Origin: a virus
Reading direction: 5' to 3' (one strand)
DNA: 64,000 nt
Virus record (IMG/VR): IMGVR_UViG_3300045988_111421
In this document: piece by piece, positions 37,088 through 48,032 of the stretch
Layout: every line of letters starts with the position of its first letter
How positions within the stretch are numbered: the stretch's first letter is position 1
The notes under the pieces: generated by a model
The model's input: the letters and a program-made list of their open reading frames with translations, nothing else
Told to the model about the DNA's origin: nothing
Databases searched by the model: none
Translations under genes and position numbers: made by a program

Positions 37088-37705
37088 TCATAAAATTAAT
37101 TCAGTAAAAGGACGGACATAATGTGAACTACCCCTTGAACCTGTATCCAAATGATCTCCTTGGATGTTTATATCATAATACCACGAATAGCTAAATTTTG
37201 TATTTCGAGTGGATGTCCACATTCTATTACTCATTATCGTACCTCCTACCATTAAAAGGCATTCGTTTATTTCATTCGCATACAATGATATCAAAAAAAA
37301 CTCTCCGGCTCCACCTACATATCCATTTTGACCATTTTTAAATAAATAGCTATTAGCTTTATTAAAAGCGTAATCTGTATTACTGGTATCATATTCAAGA
37401 TACGCATTCTGATTTTCACGCCCCCAATAATCCTTTTTAATAGTTCCCATATGAGAACTATCTTGTGCAAATATATTGTCTATTTCTCCATCCTTACCCC
37501 AACGAAATGTGCCAATATATTCGGTGGCTATAACAAAACACACTTTATCTACAAGAGCTATTCCATTGCATAGATCATTGGAATATCCTTTATTAGACCA
37601 ATTTTCTTTTGTATATAATCCTCCATCTACATGTTGGATGTATATGCCTTTATTGATTATAAGCGAGGGATTTACCCCCATCCCTATTTGAAATCTTCGT
37701 CTCAT
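37088..37705 (-). CDS. Hypothetical protein (about 205 aa from the ATG at 37705). Aromatic-rich C-terminus ending in SSHYVRPFTELIL.
   Basis: The track ORF extends to 37792, but the upstream part overlaps a hairpin. MRRRFQIG start chosen. Confidence 0.5.
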   Translation of the reverse strand: MRRRFQIGMGVNPSLIINKGIYIQHVDGGLYTKENWSNKGYSNDLCNGIALVDKVCFVIATEYIGTFRWGKDGEIDNIFAQDSSHMGTIKKDYWGRENQNAYLEYDTSNTDYAFNKANSYLFKNGQNGYVGGAGEFFLISLYANEINECLLMVGGTIMSNRMWTSTRNTKFSYSWYYDINIQGDHLDTGSRGSSHYVRPFTELIL

Positions 37706-37748
37706 GATTTTTGTTTGCAAGATAGCAATAATTGACAACATAAAAGAA

Positions 37749-37783
37749 ACCGGTTCTCTATCATCTCTGACTGAGAACCGGTA
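37749..37783 (-). terminator. Hairpin with a perfect 10-bp stem ACCGGTTCTC/GAGAACCGGT. On the - strand it is followed by a T-rich run, downstream of the 2137-aa gene.
   Basis: Read directly. Confidence 0.45.
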
Positions 37784-37918
37784 AGAAAACAATTTCAGAA
37801 AAAATTAAACCTACATAATCTTTCAAGTAAGAACAAAAAACGTACAATCTACTCTTTGACGATGCTAATATAACATATTGGAATCATACAAAAACAATGC
37901 AAGTCCGATATTCTTCGT

Positions 37919-40900
37919 CTATTTGTAACTAACGTCATCGTCTCCTTCCGAATCAGGAGTAGCGCCGATGAAGAACATCATTGACTTGTTGTTCGTCTGC
38001 TGCCACCAATTATAGGCGCGCGCTACGTCTTCCGGCGTCTTGATATTATACCATTGTTTGATAAACGTCTGTTTGGCGAGTTGCCTAAATAACTTAGACT
38101 CTCCCTTGTATGTACCGGATGTTACTTTATCAAGTGAATAATTCCTAAGATCGGTAAGATCCTTCAGTTTTCGCCCCATAACAAACGGATCGTTAATGAT
38201 ATCTACCACGTTAAGCTCCATAATAAACGGCATCTGTGAAGCTATTTCGTTTATGGTTCTGAATCCGACATAGGATCCAAATTGAGTAAGCCAACTTTCT
38301 TCGTTTTCATCATCATCACGCCATCCGGCAAGAAGCATAGATACGGCCTGCATGATAAGGAACGTGCCGGCATAGACACTGAGGTGTTTGAGATTAGTTT
38401 TTTCTACCTCATTCATATTGTCTTTATTTTCGTTCCAGGCATCTATGATGTTTTTCATACCAGACTCGGAAGCCAGGCTAAATGTTTTGGCTATCATATT
38501 CTTTAACGTAATTGACAACCCTTCCTCTTCTTGCATTGTCTGGAAATTGAAGCCACGTCTTTTCCACAGACGTTGAGCTGCCAGCACCAGCCAGCCTCGG
38601 TGGGCGGTCATGAACCTGGCTATCCAGTTGCGCGATGCGGCAGTTCGGTTTTCTTCATTCAAAGATCCGTTACATATCTGCGACAAGCTACGGACTTGAT
38701 TCCTGGTTATAGCCATCTGGGTTTCAACTTCCTCAACAGTAACACCCGATCCCGGCTTTACAACCACCTTTCCATCCACGACGTCTACCATACTCCATAA
38801 AGTACGATCTTTTAATGCGTTCCATTCTCTTTTTATGGTACTCTGTTCTTTATTGCGTTCTTTTTCCATCTTGAAATCTTGGAACGTGTAGAACCGGCCT
38901 TTGTAATAACGAACATTGTCCATAGTAGCAATCATAACCTGCGGATCAAGAGGGTAGTTCAGGATTTCCATAAAAGCATACATAGGCGAACGCATTAAGG
39001 TCCTGGCCGCTCTATTGTATCCGGCACCATACATACGATTTCGGATATTGAATATCCCCATTCTCTCACCTATGACATATAATTTGCTTTTCCTATCTAT
39101 GTCTCCGGTTTCTGCTATACAAGATGGCGCAAGACGCGAAAACTCAGCCGATGCGTATTTAAGGGAGTCTTTGCTTATATACTGTCCTACGGCAGATTCC
39201 ATGATGAGGTTGATATGACCTGTCAGGGCGCCGGTAGCTGCCACAAACGGAGACAGTGCCAAGTTCATAACCGACATAAATCTTTCAACAGCCATCATAA
39301 TTCTTGTAAGGTCTACCGTATATCCTCCGATGTTCACCGTAAGTTTTTTGGTGTTCATCCTAATGCCATAATAATGATCGTTGAAGAAGTCCCTGAACAT
39401 CTGATATGCTTGGGTTGCTTCAGCCTTCTTACCGCCCTCAAATTGTTTGTTCAGCAACATCTGCTCCAGTCCTTGGGCAAGCTCTATAGACTTCTGCTTT
39501 TCGTTGTATAACGATGACTGCATCATAAGCATCGAATAAGAGTAGCCAAAATCGTGAGATACATCATCTTGGTTCTCCAATTCATATATGTAGTATTTAG
39601 GTATAGACCTAAGTCTGTCTTCCGGGTCATATACTTCCCCTTGCCTGGTCTTACCATATAGAGAATCGTCTACTCTGTCCAGGCACAGATCTGATACAAA
39701 ATTACGAACCGTATTTTTGAAGTTAATACCCAATCCTTCCATACGTTCTATGTCTTGTTTTGATATCTGTGGAATAGCATACAAATTGGGACTCTGCTCT
39801 TTGTATAGATCAAGGGATTGTCTTTTTATTTCCTTGAGTTTTTGAATCATATTCCACTGCTCTACGTTTTTAGTAGCAACTTCATTACCGTCAGCATCAT
39901 ACTTGATACCAAAGTCATTGAAATACGATTCATCACGATACAGGCTTTTCTTAGGCATGCGATGACCATACCCATGATCTTTTACATAATCAGGATTACG
40001 GCCGCTATTTTCGGCTTCAGATTCAGCCACCCATGCCCTTGCAGGATCGAAAGACAGGTACGATATGTCCATGCCATAATCTTGGGTGGATGTACCGTTT
40101 TGTACGTCCTTAACCATCTGCGCCACATCTATCTCACCTCGACCTATTTTGTCGATCATGGCCGCATATCCGGTAGGCGCCATGCGTTTATAGTACGAAA
40201 AGACCTGGCTCCTGGCAAATTCATTAACGATATCGTTCACTTCAGCTACTCCGTTATCGTGTCCAAATATGTCAGACATCTTAGCTCTAACCACATTCCT
40301 AAAATCTCTACGATCTAACTTTTTATCTATTCCCAATTTTTCTGACAAGTAGTTGGTTTCAGAGACGGTAAACATATACCTGTTATCTTGAGCCATGAAT
40401 AACTTATCTCTAAGAGCCTGAATCCTTTTGGCTTTTTTGGCAGTAGTATGACGCTGTGCAAACTGCCATTCAATTTCCTTAGAGTCAGCAAGAGCATTTA
40501 AATAAGACTGATTGACTTCGTTTTCAGCTTTACTGCTTTTAGTAAGGTATTTATCAATATCTTCAAGACCCACCATCTTAGCATAATCTATCAAAATAGC
40601 GTAATCGGCTTCAATAGCTTCAGATGCGGCCCTAAAAGCATCTCTTTCAGATAAGGTAAATGTCGCTTCATTAATTTCTCCGATATCAGCCACATCGCGA
40701 TTGTTTCCGATTATTTCCTTGATAATAGCCTTATTTTTTTCTATATCTTTCACAACAGAATCCACGTCAGTCGCATCTCTATCACTTGTCGTAGAGCTAA
40801 TGATATCATGCGCCATTTTAAGATACGAAGCCTTGTTATTTGATTCGGTACGTGCCGACTGTTCCGATTCTACATCATTCCAAAACCGATCATTAAATGA

Positions 40901-43900
40901 CAGGTGACCTCCCAACATAAGTGTCTTCAGCGCAGCTTCTCCTCCCGACTCGTTCTGAATCGTTCTCAATTTTTGCAAAAACGATTCTGATACGGCATTA
41001 GTAACATTATTTGATTCCTTTCTCCAAACTTCATTTATGGCTTGTATTTCTTTAGCCATCTTAAGCTGGTCTCCGGTTTTTTCAACACGTCTGGTACCAA
41101 CATATATGTATTCCGAAGCTGCTTCCTTACGTTGTTTACGAAGCAGTCCTTCTTCTTCGTAATTGCTGCTTTTAAAATAGGCAACCTCATCAAAATTACC
41201 ACCGCTATCAATAAAAGGCTGTCTCAATATCCGTTTTTGCCGGGATAGGGCATTAAGGTATTCTTTGGTTGTTTGAGAAACCGGATGCCCTAATTCTTCT
41301 TCAGCCTTTTTGTATATGGATTCCATTCTTGTGGCATAACTTTCGCTAAATTCCAGTTCCGAATTTTCAGCATCCCACTTTTCCATCTGTTCTGTATAAA
41401 TCTTTTCCTGCTCGATGGTAAAAATATCGGTATTAACTCTATCAGACGATGGTTTGAATTTAGCGTTTTCAGTAACCGTATTTCCATCCTTGTCAATTAC
41501 TTCTCTTTTAAATACGTAATTACGGTTATTGTCAACCACATCACCAATTTCTTCTTCTGATATCTCTATGTTCATGGCAGTCGCAAACGCTCGCATCTGC
41601 GCCAGCTTCTTATTACGATCGTATTTAGCCATATCAAGAGCACTACGAAGGTAATTAGAAGTTTTGCCGTCTACTTTCTGAAGCAGTTTTTCAAATTCAG
41701 ATTTGTTAAAACCATGCTTTTTAGTATATGCCAGGAAGTCGGATATGGCGGGCTGGGCATTCACCATCGCATTGTAATTGTCTTTGGCAATCATAGCTCC
41801 AAGAGCGTTATTGAACGGACTGGAAGAATGCTCTAATATACCGAACCACCTACTTATCCAAGAGACATCATGTTGAACTTTGTCAAAAAATTCTTTTACT
41901 CTCTTTACCTTATCTGCCGGCACATGAAGTTCGTTCATTAACTTATCAAGCAACGTACTTTCATCAAGGTCTTGTACTGATTTAATATCAGATTGAATAC
42001 CATTGATGTCGGCAATGACGGTATTGATCCTATTTGTATAATCCTGCTTTTCACGTTCATCAAATTCGGTACTTCTGTTACGGATATATCCTCGAAGATC
42101 GTTCATGATCGGAAGAACCTGATTGTTGATAATATCTACGTTCTTTCGATCATTGGTATTGAAGTGAAGCTTACCGTCTTTGGTATCACCATGAAGGATG
42201 GTGTTCACCACATTGCTTAAGTATCTGACCTGAGCTTCGGCTGTGGAGATCATGCTGTTCATGGCAGCCGCCATCTCATTCTTGTCTATTTCGGTCTCTA
42301 CTTTATTTATCTTATCTTCTATGGTCTTAAGCTGCGCAAGGGTCATAGACGTAGTTACAGCCCTATCAGAGCTTATCTGACGTAAGTCTCTTAATGTTTT
42401 TCTTAGTGATCTGATCTTAGACTCAAGAAACTTGTTCTTGTTCATAGAAGAAAGGGAGTATAATGTAAAATCATTATCCTTTAACAGAGAGGTGTCAAAT
42501 CCTTTATCTATGTCGGTAATAGCAAGATCGCGAATGTTTTTAATAACGTTATTCAAATCTTGTCTTTGGGTTGATAAAGCTGATTTAAGCCAGCTTACGA
42601 TTCCAGAGAGAAGCTGCCGGACGCGCCCCAGGAAGGAGGTGGGCTCTACCGGCGCCTGTGCTGTGCCGGTCTGCATCTCCCTGGCGAGGATCTTTCCAAG
42701 AATTTCCCTCCTAACAGCATTATCAAGCTCAGCTCCTTCATATACCTTACCGTATGTATTATAATACTGACCTGCATATTGGTTCCACTCTTCCGTACCT
42801 TCTACATCTTGCAGAACAGCCTCAACAGCATTCTGATCTCTGTATGCCTCTACAAGGAAGTGGGCTGTTTCTTCTACTAAATCAGATAAAGTAGCATCTT
42901 CACCAACTGCTATTACGTTATTGGCAATATCCGCCAATGCCTTAGCAGAAGGTTCATGCCCGTATTTGGTTTGGTACTTCTCTATATAATCGGTCATACC
43001 TATGACACTAACGCCAAGCGTTTTCAGTATCTCGACAATAGAATTTCGTTGATCACGTTCCTGCCTGCTATAATCTGATACGATCTTAGCTTTAGTATCA
43101 GCATAAAGATCGTTGTCTTCTAATATGAATGAAACTACAAGCGCATCAAAATGATCGTACTTGGCGTCCAATTCATTGTATCTTCCTGACTTGAGATCGT
43201 TCTTTATCTGCTCTTTGCTAACCCTTTCCGTTCCTCCGGTAGCGAGCCTCATAGTTACCTTACTATTATCCAACGAGCTTATGGTTATCATACCCTGGTC
43301 GTTCATGGAAACATCTGAACCAAAATGATTACGGAGCTCGGTGTAGGATAAGGCTGAATTGAAAAGTCTAATTTGTCCTGTATGACCTTCTCCTGTAAGA
43401 TAATAGCTTCTTGTTTCAGGATCGAATATCTTAGATCCGGACAAAAGACCTTTCTTTATAAGGTAGTTAATTATCCCGCCTTTTGTTGATAAAGAAGTAG
43501 AAGCAGAAGCGGTCATGACCGGTATAAAAGATTTGGGATTATTAAGAACATACTTTCCAGCTTTGTAAGTAATGTCTGCCACGCCATTCACGGTAGATTC
43601 TTGAACGGTTCCTGATAAGAATCCTATTCTAATATCATTCCCGCCAGAGCGAAGAGCTTCTCCGTAATCTTCAAATAATTGACTACGATCGTTCATGAAA
43701 AACAAACGAGGCTCTCCAGTCTGATACGTTACACCCACAGGATTAGAATCTGTTTCTGGTAGCTCTTCTGGGCTAAATATCTTAAGACCGTCTTTTATAA
43801 CCATATAATTAACACCCTTATCCTGTACCATAGATACGGGAGTAAAGTCCGAAGATATAGCATCTTGTAGATACTGCCCGGCGTCTATTCCAGGTCCTTC

Positions 43901-44332
43901 CGGTACGGAAATGCTTGACGTAACCATAGCATCCACCAACATAATATTATCACCCAGATTTTGGCTGTAGAATCCAAAGCCCGATTCTTGGATTTCATAA
44001 GGTGCATCTGATTTTGACACAAGAACAGGGTTACTCATCTTAGACGCCTTATCCAGCACCCTTTCTCTATAGGCTTCTGGGATAAGGTCGATGTTAGATT
44101 TTACCTTATTATAAGCCTGTTTATTAACAGGTACATTCCTTCTCCAGTCACCAAAAGCCTTTAAGAACTTATTAGAAAATACGGTTTTAAAAACAGTAGT
44201 AGCCCGTTCCCTATTCTCCATAAGAGGAATAGATGCTATTTTATCAAACAACATAGACCTGTCCCCTGATCTGGTAGAGACAGAAACAACTTTCTTTTTA
44301 TTATCTCTTTTAATAATACACGTTGATGTCAT
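37919..44332 (-). CDS. Giant hypothetical virion-associated protein (2137 aa).
   Basis: Uninterrupted 6.4-kb ORF. No polymerase DxDGD-type motif found by eye. Confidence 0.8.
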   Translation of the reverse strand: MTSTCIIKRDNKKKVVSVSTRSGDRSMLFDKIASIPLMENRERATTVFKTVFSNKFLKAFGDWRRNVPVNKQAYNKVKSNIDLIPEAYRERVLDKASKMSNPVLVSKSDAPYEIQESGFGFYSQNLGDNIMLVDAMVTSSISVPEGPGIDAGQYLQDAISSDFTPVSMVQDKGVNYMVIKDGLKIFSPEELPETDSNPVGVTYQTGEPRLFFMNDRSQLFEDYGEALRSGGNDIRIGFLSGTVQESTVNGVADITYKAGKYVLNNPKSFIPVMTASASTSLSTKGGIINYLIKKGLLSGSKIFDPETRSYYLTGEGHTGQIRLFNSALSYTELRNHFGSDVSMNDQGMITISSLDNSKVTMRLATGGTERVSKEQIKNDLKSGRYNELDAKYDHFDALVVSFILEDNDLYADTKAKIVSDYSRQERDQRNSIVEILKTLGVSVIGMTDYIEKYQTKYGHEPSAKALADIANNVIAVGEDATLSDLVEETAHFLVEAYRDQNAVEAVLQDVEGTEEWNQYAGQYYNTYGKVYEGAELDNAVRREILGKILAREMQTGTAQAPVEPTSFLGRVRQLLSGIVSWLKSALSTQRQDLNNVIKNIRDLAITDIDKGFDTSLLKDNDFTLYSLSSMNKNKFLESKIRSLRKTLRDLRQISSDRAVTTSMTLAQLKTIEDKINKVETEIDKNEMAAAMNSMISTAEAQVRYLSNVVNTILHGDTKDGKLHFNTNDRKNVDIINNQVLPIMNDLRGYIRNRSTEFDEREKQDYTNRINTVIADINGIQSDIKSVQDLDESTLLDKLMNELHVPADKVKRVKEFFDKVQHDVSWISRWFGILEHSSSPFNNALGAMIAKDNYNAMVNAQPAISDFLAYTKKHGFNKSEFEKLLQKVDGKTSNYLRSALDMAKYDRNKKLAQMRAFATAMNIEISEEEIGDVVDNNRNYVFKREVIDKDGNTVTENAKFKPSSDRVNTDIFTIEQEKIYTEQMEKWDAENSELEFSESYATRMESIYKKAEEELGHPVSQTTKEYLNALSRQKRILRQPFIDSGGNFDEVAYFKSSNYEEEGLLRKQRKEAASEYIYVGTRRVEKTGDQLKMAKEIQAINEVWRKESNNVTNAVSESFLQKLRTIQNESGGEAALKTLMLGGHLSFNDRFWNDVESEQSARTESNNKASYLKMAHDIISSTTSDRDATDVDSVVKDIEKNKAIIKEIIGNNRDVADIGEINEATFTLSERDAFRAASEAIEADYAILIDYAKMVGLEDIDKYLTKSSKAENEVNQSYLNALADSKEIEWQFAQRHTTAKKAKRIQALRDKLFMAQDNRYMFTVSETNYLSEKLGIDKKLDRRDFRNVVRAKMSDIFGHDNGVAEVNDIVNEFARSQVFSYYKRMAPTGYAAMIDKIGRGEIDVAQMVKDVQNGTSTQDYGMDISYLSFDPARAWVAESEAENSGRNPDYVKDHGYGHRMPKKSLYRDESYFNDFGIKYDADGNEVATKNVEQWNMIQKLKEIKRQSLDLYKEQSPNLYAIPQISKQDIERMEGLGINFKNTVRNFVSDLCLDRVDDSLYGKTRQGEVYDPEDRLRSIPKYYIYELENQDDVSHDFGYSYSMLMMQSSLYNEKQKSIELAQGLEQMLLNKQFEGGKKAEATQAYQMFRDFFNDHYYGIRMNTKKLTVNIGGYTVDLTRIMMAVERFMSVMNLALSPFVAATGALTGHINLIMESAVGQYISKDSLKYASAEFSRLAPSCIAETGDIDRKSKLYVIGERMGIFNIRNRMYGAGYNRAARTLMRSPMYAFMEILNYPLDPQVMIATMDNVRYYKGRFYTFQDFKMEKERNKEQSTIKREWNALKDRTLWSMVDVVDGKVVVKPGSGVTVEEVETQMAITRNQVRSLSQICNGSLNEENRTAASRNWIARFMTAHRGWLVLAAQRLWKRRGFNFQTMQEEEGLSITLKNMIAKTFSLASESGMKNIIDAWNENKDNMNEVEKTNLKHLSVYAGTFLIMQAVSMLLAGWRDDDENEESWLTQFGSYVGFRTINEIASQMPFIMELNVVDIINDPFVMGRKLKDLTDLRNYSLDKVTSGTYKGESKLFRQLAKQTFIKQWYNIKTPEDVARAYNWWQQTNNKSMMFFIGATPDSEGDDDVSYK

Positions 44333-44392
44333 AGTAAAACATTTTTGTTATGAGACAAAGGTAGTTAAAAATCAAGCATATCATAGAAAATA

Positions 44393-44422
44393 AAGCCATC
44401 TAACTTCTCAGTCTGATGGCTT
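44393..44422 (-). terminator. Hairpin AAGCCATC/GATGGCTT with a 14-nt loop. T-rich downstream on the - strand.
   Basis: Read directly. Confidence 0.4.
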
Positions 44423-44474
44423 AAAAATGATATGAAAAAAAATTATAATCTGATGAAAAATCGTCAAGTTCAGC

Positions 44475-44867
44475 TTATATGTAATGCATGTACCCATCTC
44501 GGTGTATAAACCTTCCCGATTCAAAGCGCTCAATATCTTCAGGGCAAATAGGGCCCGAATCCTCTCTCCTGGCTTCAAACCAAAGCCCCGGCTTACGAAG
44601 TCGGCAAGTTATGATATAATTGAAGCAATTGTGCGTAAAATGGAAAACAGATCCTACAGGGAAATACCTATCAGCTTGAAATACGATTCTTTTTCGTTTA
44701 GTATCAAACGTGATATCTCCTACTATCTTAGCCACGTAATAGCTTCTGCCATTTAACGTTTCATCTGTTTGTGGTATCCAATAATAACCTCTTGCCATGC
44801 CACAAATATATAAAAAAAGTCGGACAAGATACATGTCCGACTTTATATTACTTTGATTCGTTTTCAA
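44475..44867 (-). CDS. Hypothetical protein (130 aa; possibly starts at the internal MARGYYW).
   Basis: ORF. Confidence 0.45.
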   Translation of the reverse strand: MKTNQSNIKSDMYLVRLFLYICGMARGYYWIPQTDETLNGRSYYVAKIVGDITFDTKRKRIVFQADRYFPVGSVFHFTHNCFNYIITCRLRKPGLWFEARREDSGPICPEDIERFESGRFIHRDGYMHYI

Positions 44868-45322
44868 ACCGCTTTATAAGAGAAGCAATATCATCACCAC
44901 AAACAAACATCATTCGACGTTCTTCTTTTGGTTTATGAGACACTGGGATGGTTTTGTTTATCTTAATCTGATTCGCCAGACCTCTGCCTAAACGAATATC
45001 AACTTTTTTACCTTTCATGAATTATTTGTTTAAACAGACCAATTCCATCTATTATAATATGACCGCTTTGCATACGACCATTATTAGGATTATGTAGAAA
45101 ATTGAAACCACTTTCTTTTTCCTGTCTTTCAAAAGAACTGATATCCTTTCCTCTACGGGCTCTTTCAAAAAGCTTTCTTGAACAACTTGCCTCTAAAGGT
45201 CTTGACGAGGATCTTGGTAGCGTTATTGCCGGCTTTTACCATTGTTTTCCTTGTCTGGTCCTCCGAGACAAAACTGCTTCGGAAAACATACGATGCTGCT
45301 GCTTGTATATCCTGCTTGGTAA

Positions 45323-45676
45323 TCATATGCAAAACATTCCTTTCAGAATACTGGTCTTTATTCCGTATATCAATTTCATGTTATCTCTATCATATACGCC
45401 AAAAAAGGATTCACTGGGGTCCTTTGGATTTACGCTCAGTTGAATTATGCAATTGTAAAGATAGACCTTAAGTTCATAATTATCAGAGTATCTATCCTGT
45501 ATGTTTTCAAATGTCTTAATTAATTCTTCAACAAGTACTCTGCTAAATGAAAAAGGTTCTCTACAATCACCTTTAAATATGATATGATTTAAATCATTGG
45601 TATTATCAAATTCGTACTCTACCCGACTGTCGTCCATCATATCATAAGTGATTGACTTTTTGATTTTAAATCCCAT
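45323..45676 (-). CDS. Hypothetical protein (117 aa).
   Basis: ORF. Confidence 0.5.
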   Translation of the reverse strand: MGFKIKKSITYDMMDDSRVEYEFDNTNDLNHIIFKGDCREPFSFSRVLVEELIKTFENIQDRYSDNYELKVYLYNCIIQLSVNPKDPSESFFGVYDRDNMKLIYGIKTSILKGMFCI

Positions 45677-45693
45677 ATTATTTTGTTTTTTAG

Positions 45694-46059
45694 TTAATAT
45701 AGATCTTCTGAATACAATTGTTCTCTAATGGCACTCCTATCTACTACCATTTCCTGATTATTGCTCTTAACAAGTTCAGATGCTTCCTCTCTTGTTAAAA
45801 ACTGATTCTTGCTTGTCAAAAATCCTTGAACACTACAGTTTTTATGGGCTATACCGTATGCCGCAAGTTGAGATAGTATAGAGGGGTGTCTCAATCCACA
45901 GAACACGGTGCCGGATGGTATATTGGTGGGCTGATAGGGTCGTTTCTTGTCGTCCTGTACCCAGATGGCCGCGCATATCACGATTTCTTTATTACACATG
46001 ACTATAAATTTAATATTCCGTTTTTGCCAATATGTTTCTTTTCTTCTTCGGTAGGCCAT
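45694..46059 (-). CDS. Hypothetical protein (121 aa; probably starts at the internal Met near 45999).
   Basis: ORF. The upstream part overlaps the next gene. Confidence 0.45.
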   Translation of the reverse strand: MAYRRRKETYWQKRNIKFIVMCNKEIVICAAIWVQDDKKRPYQPTNIPSGTVFCGLRHPSILSQLAAYGIAHKNCSVQGFLTSKNQFLTREEASELVKSNNQEMVVDRSAIREQLYSEDLY

Positions 46060-46277
46060 TCTTTCTTGAACTTACCGTGCCACGTTCCAGGAACTACCAC
46101 CTCTTCGCCTCCCTTACTATATTCAATAGCGGCACATTCAGAACAAAGAGGCTTGCCTTCATATCCCTTTAGCGACTTATCGTAAATACGATTCTTACAA
46201 GGTCTTATAAGAGCCCAGTAATATGATGTGGCTGTATTATCTATACAGCCACATTTTGAACATACAAACAAGCTCAT
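46002..46277 (-). CDS. Zn-ribbon protein (91 aa; CSKCGC...CSEC).
   Basis: Cys pairs. ATGA overlap upstream. Confidence 0.5.
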   Translation of the reverse strand: MSLFVCSKCGCIDNTATSYYWALIRPCKNRIYDKSLKGYEGKPLCSECAAIEYSKGGEEVVVPGTWHGKFKKEWPTEEEKKHIGKNGILNL

Positions 46278-47140
46278 TCCGCAATCTCCCAGTCATTAGA
46301 CATAATATCATGTTCGGTTGGATTCCAATTTGATGCTACTTTTTGACCTGTATCTACCATCAATATATTTACGTCAGACATACAGATATACTTTTTACCC
46401 CAATCGATTCTTTTTATCTTACGACCTAATTTAAGCCGTTCTAAAGCCTGTTCGAATGTCATGCCACGACGAGGCAGTTTGAGATACTTTTTAAGTCTGT
46501 CGGCAGCTTCATTTGGTGTATGGCCATCGTATTCGAAAGCGGTTTCTCTTTCAGGAACATCAAACAAATCCCAGTATTTGCTTTCATAGTGATTAGATAC
46601 CTGACCGGTAGGTAGGATCGCCATCACAATAAACCAATCATCAGAACCGAAGCATTTTTCTCCGTCGCTGTGTCTCCTTGATTTGCAAACTTCAACCTGT
46701 CCGCTTCTGGCTAATAGATTAAAGAAGGCAGCGTTATACAACATGCGATACCTATACAATTCATTGAAAGTGTGGTATCCGTCAGAGACTTCTCCCACGT
46801 CTACAGGCTTCTTGTTTTGAATACTACCCAAAATGTTCTCTATATAGAGCTGTATTTTATACATACCCATTTCGGTGTGGCCGTATTTGTTCAAGATATT
46901 ATTGACATCGTATTGTATATTAAAATCTTTTTCAAATTCTACTTCAGGATGATTAGGATAGCAGTAGTCCACTGATGCTTCTAACACAGACTTTATGTGT
47001 TCTATTATCCTCGCAACATCATCATGTTTAAAAAAATGCTTAAATCTTTCAACGAATTTAATATCTTCGTTGATTGCTGATTCGAACTCTTCTTTTGTCA
47101 TCACTCTAATTACATCTTTTTTTAAATCGTCTAATCCCAT
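46274..47140 (-). CDS. 288-aa protein whose C-terminal ~85 aa resemble DUF2829 (Tad2-like) domains.
   Basis: MTFEQALERLKLGRKIKRIDWGKKYI ... NWNPTEHDIMSNDWEIAE, compared with my recollection of the DUF2829 pattern (F.EAL.ALK.GKK..R..W ... DWEIVE). Confidence 0.5.
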   Translation of the reverse strand: MGLDDLKKDVIRVMTKEEFESAINEDIKFVERFKHFFKHDDVARIIEHIKSVLEASVDYCYPNHPEVEFEKDFNIQYDVNNILNKYGHTEMGMYKIQLYIENILGSIQNKKPVDVGEVSDGYHTFNELYRYRMLYNAAFFNLLARSGQVEVCKSRRHSDGEKCFGSDDWFIVMAILPTGQVSNHYESKYWDLFDVPERETAFEYDGHTPNEAADRLKKYLKLPRRGMTFEQALERLKLGRKIKRIDWGKKYICMSDVNILMVDTGQKVASNWNPTEHDIMSNDWEIAE

Positions 47141-47163
47141 GATTTATTTTAAATTAGTTGTTA

Positions 47164-47796
47164 TTATACTTTTTTTATCCTACAATACAAATCCAATAAG
47201 AACTCAGCAGAAAAACCATCCCATGCATTATTCTGCCAAATATCTACTTTGTTAACAAACCAAGACCATATGGGACCCTCATATGAAGAATCAGATGATG
47301 ATCCCAATCCGATTTCCTCCATTTCATTCGCCACATCAGAATAAGGATCTAAATCGACTCCCCTAATCATGTTAATAATATCACCCTTGTCTAATGTAAA
47401 TTGAAACCGCTCCTTGTTAGTAAGCGAATCTTGATTCAATTTACCAGTCGCAAGCCATTCTCCATCATGATACAATTCGGCAAGTTTCTTTACCTTATTT
47501 TTAAGAAAAGAATACTCTTGTGTGACTTCTATAAAATCAGCTTCGTTAGCTTCACCCTCTATGAAGATAACGGTTTTGCTTCCAGGTCTATGATCGTCTA
47601 AGCTTGCCGGGATTCCCAATATCGTCCATCCTTTAAACTCAGCTATCTTAAAACGCATGACATCAAACACCTTATAGAAATCATCACAATCTACAGATTC
47701 TATTACCTTAATATCCTCTTCTGTGAATTTACCTCGTATTGGAATAACGTGATGACCGGGGCAGCCATCGGTTCCGAAATATGCGATTCTAACCAC
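47164..47796 (-). CDS. Hypothetical protein (210 aa).
   Basis: ORF. Confidence 0.55.
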   Translation of the reverse strand: MVRIAYFGTDGCPGHHVIPIRGKFTEEDIKVIESVDCDDFYKVFDVMRFKIAEFKGWTILGIPASLDDHRPGSKTVIFIEGEANEADFIEVTQEYSFLKNKVKKLAELYHDGEWLATGKLNQDSLTNKERFQFTLDKGDIINMIRGVDLDPYSDVANEMEEIGLGSSSDSSYEGPIWSWFVNKVDIWQNNAWDGFSAEFLLDLYCRIKKV

Positions 47797-47816
47797 GATA
47801 TTTACAATATTTTAAT

Positions 47817-48032
47817 TTATTTTGCTAAAACATTCATATAACATGGCACATCTACCACATCTCTTCTACGAAGTCCCTTATCAAAATAGGAAACCATATA
47901 AGTATTTTTACCTTCGTGATCAGGTCTGGGATCAAAACATTCAAAAACGAATCTTGTTATACCTTCCAAATGACCAAGCATGAAAACAAATTCGCCACTG
48001 TATCTTTTATTAGCCAATTCTTCTACAGTCAT
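47817..48032 (-). CDS. Hypothetical protein (71 aa).
   Basis: ORF. Confidence 0.4.
   Translation of the reverse strand: MTVEELANKRYSGEFVFMLGHLEGITRFVFECFDPRPDHEGKNTYMVSYFDKGLRRRDVVDVPCYMNVLAK

Noticed and set aside
38282-42764. Numerous 60-170-aa ORFs on the + strand inside the 2137-aa gene, and similar antisense ORFs inside other large genes (for example 55941..56360, 57533..57892, 50128..50703, 50693..51412).
   Set aside because: They are antisense and fully embedded in long conserved-looking ORFs. Their composition is low-complexity. These are typical spurious six-frame products.
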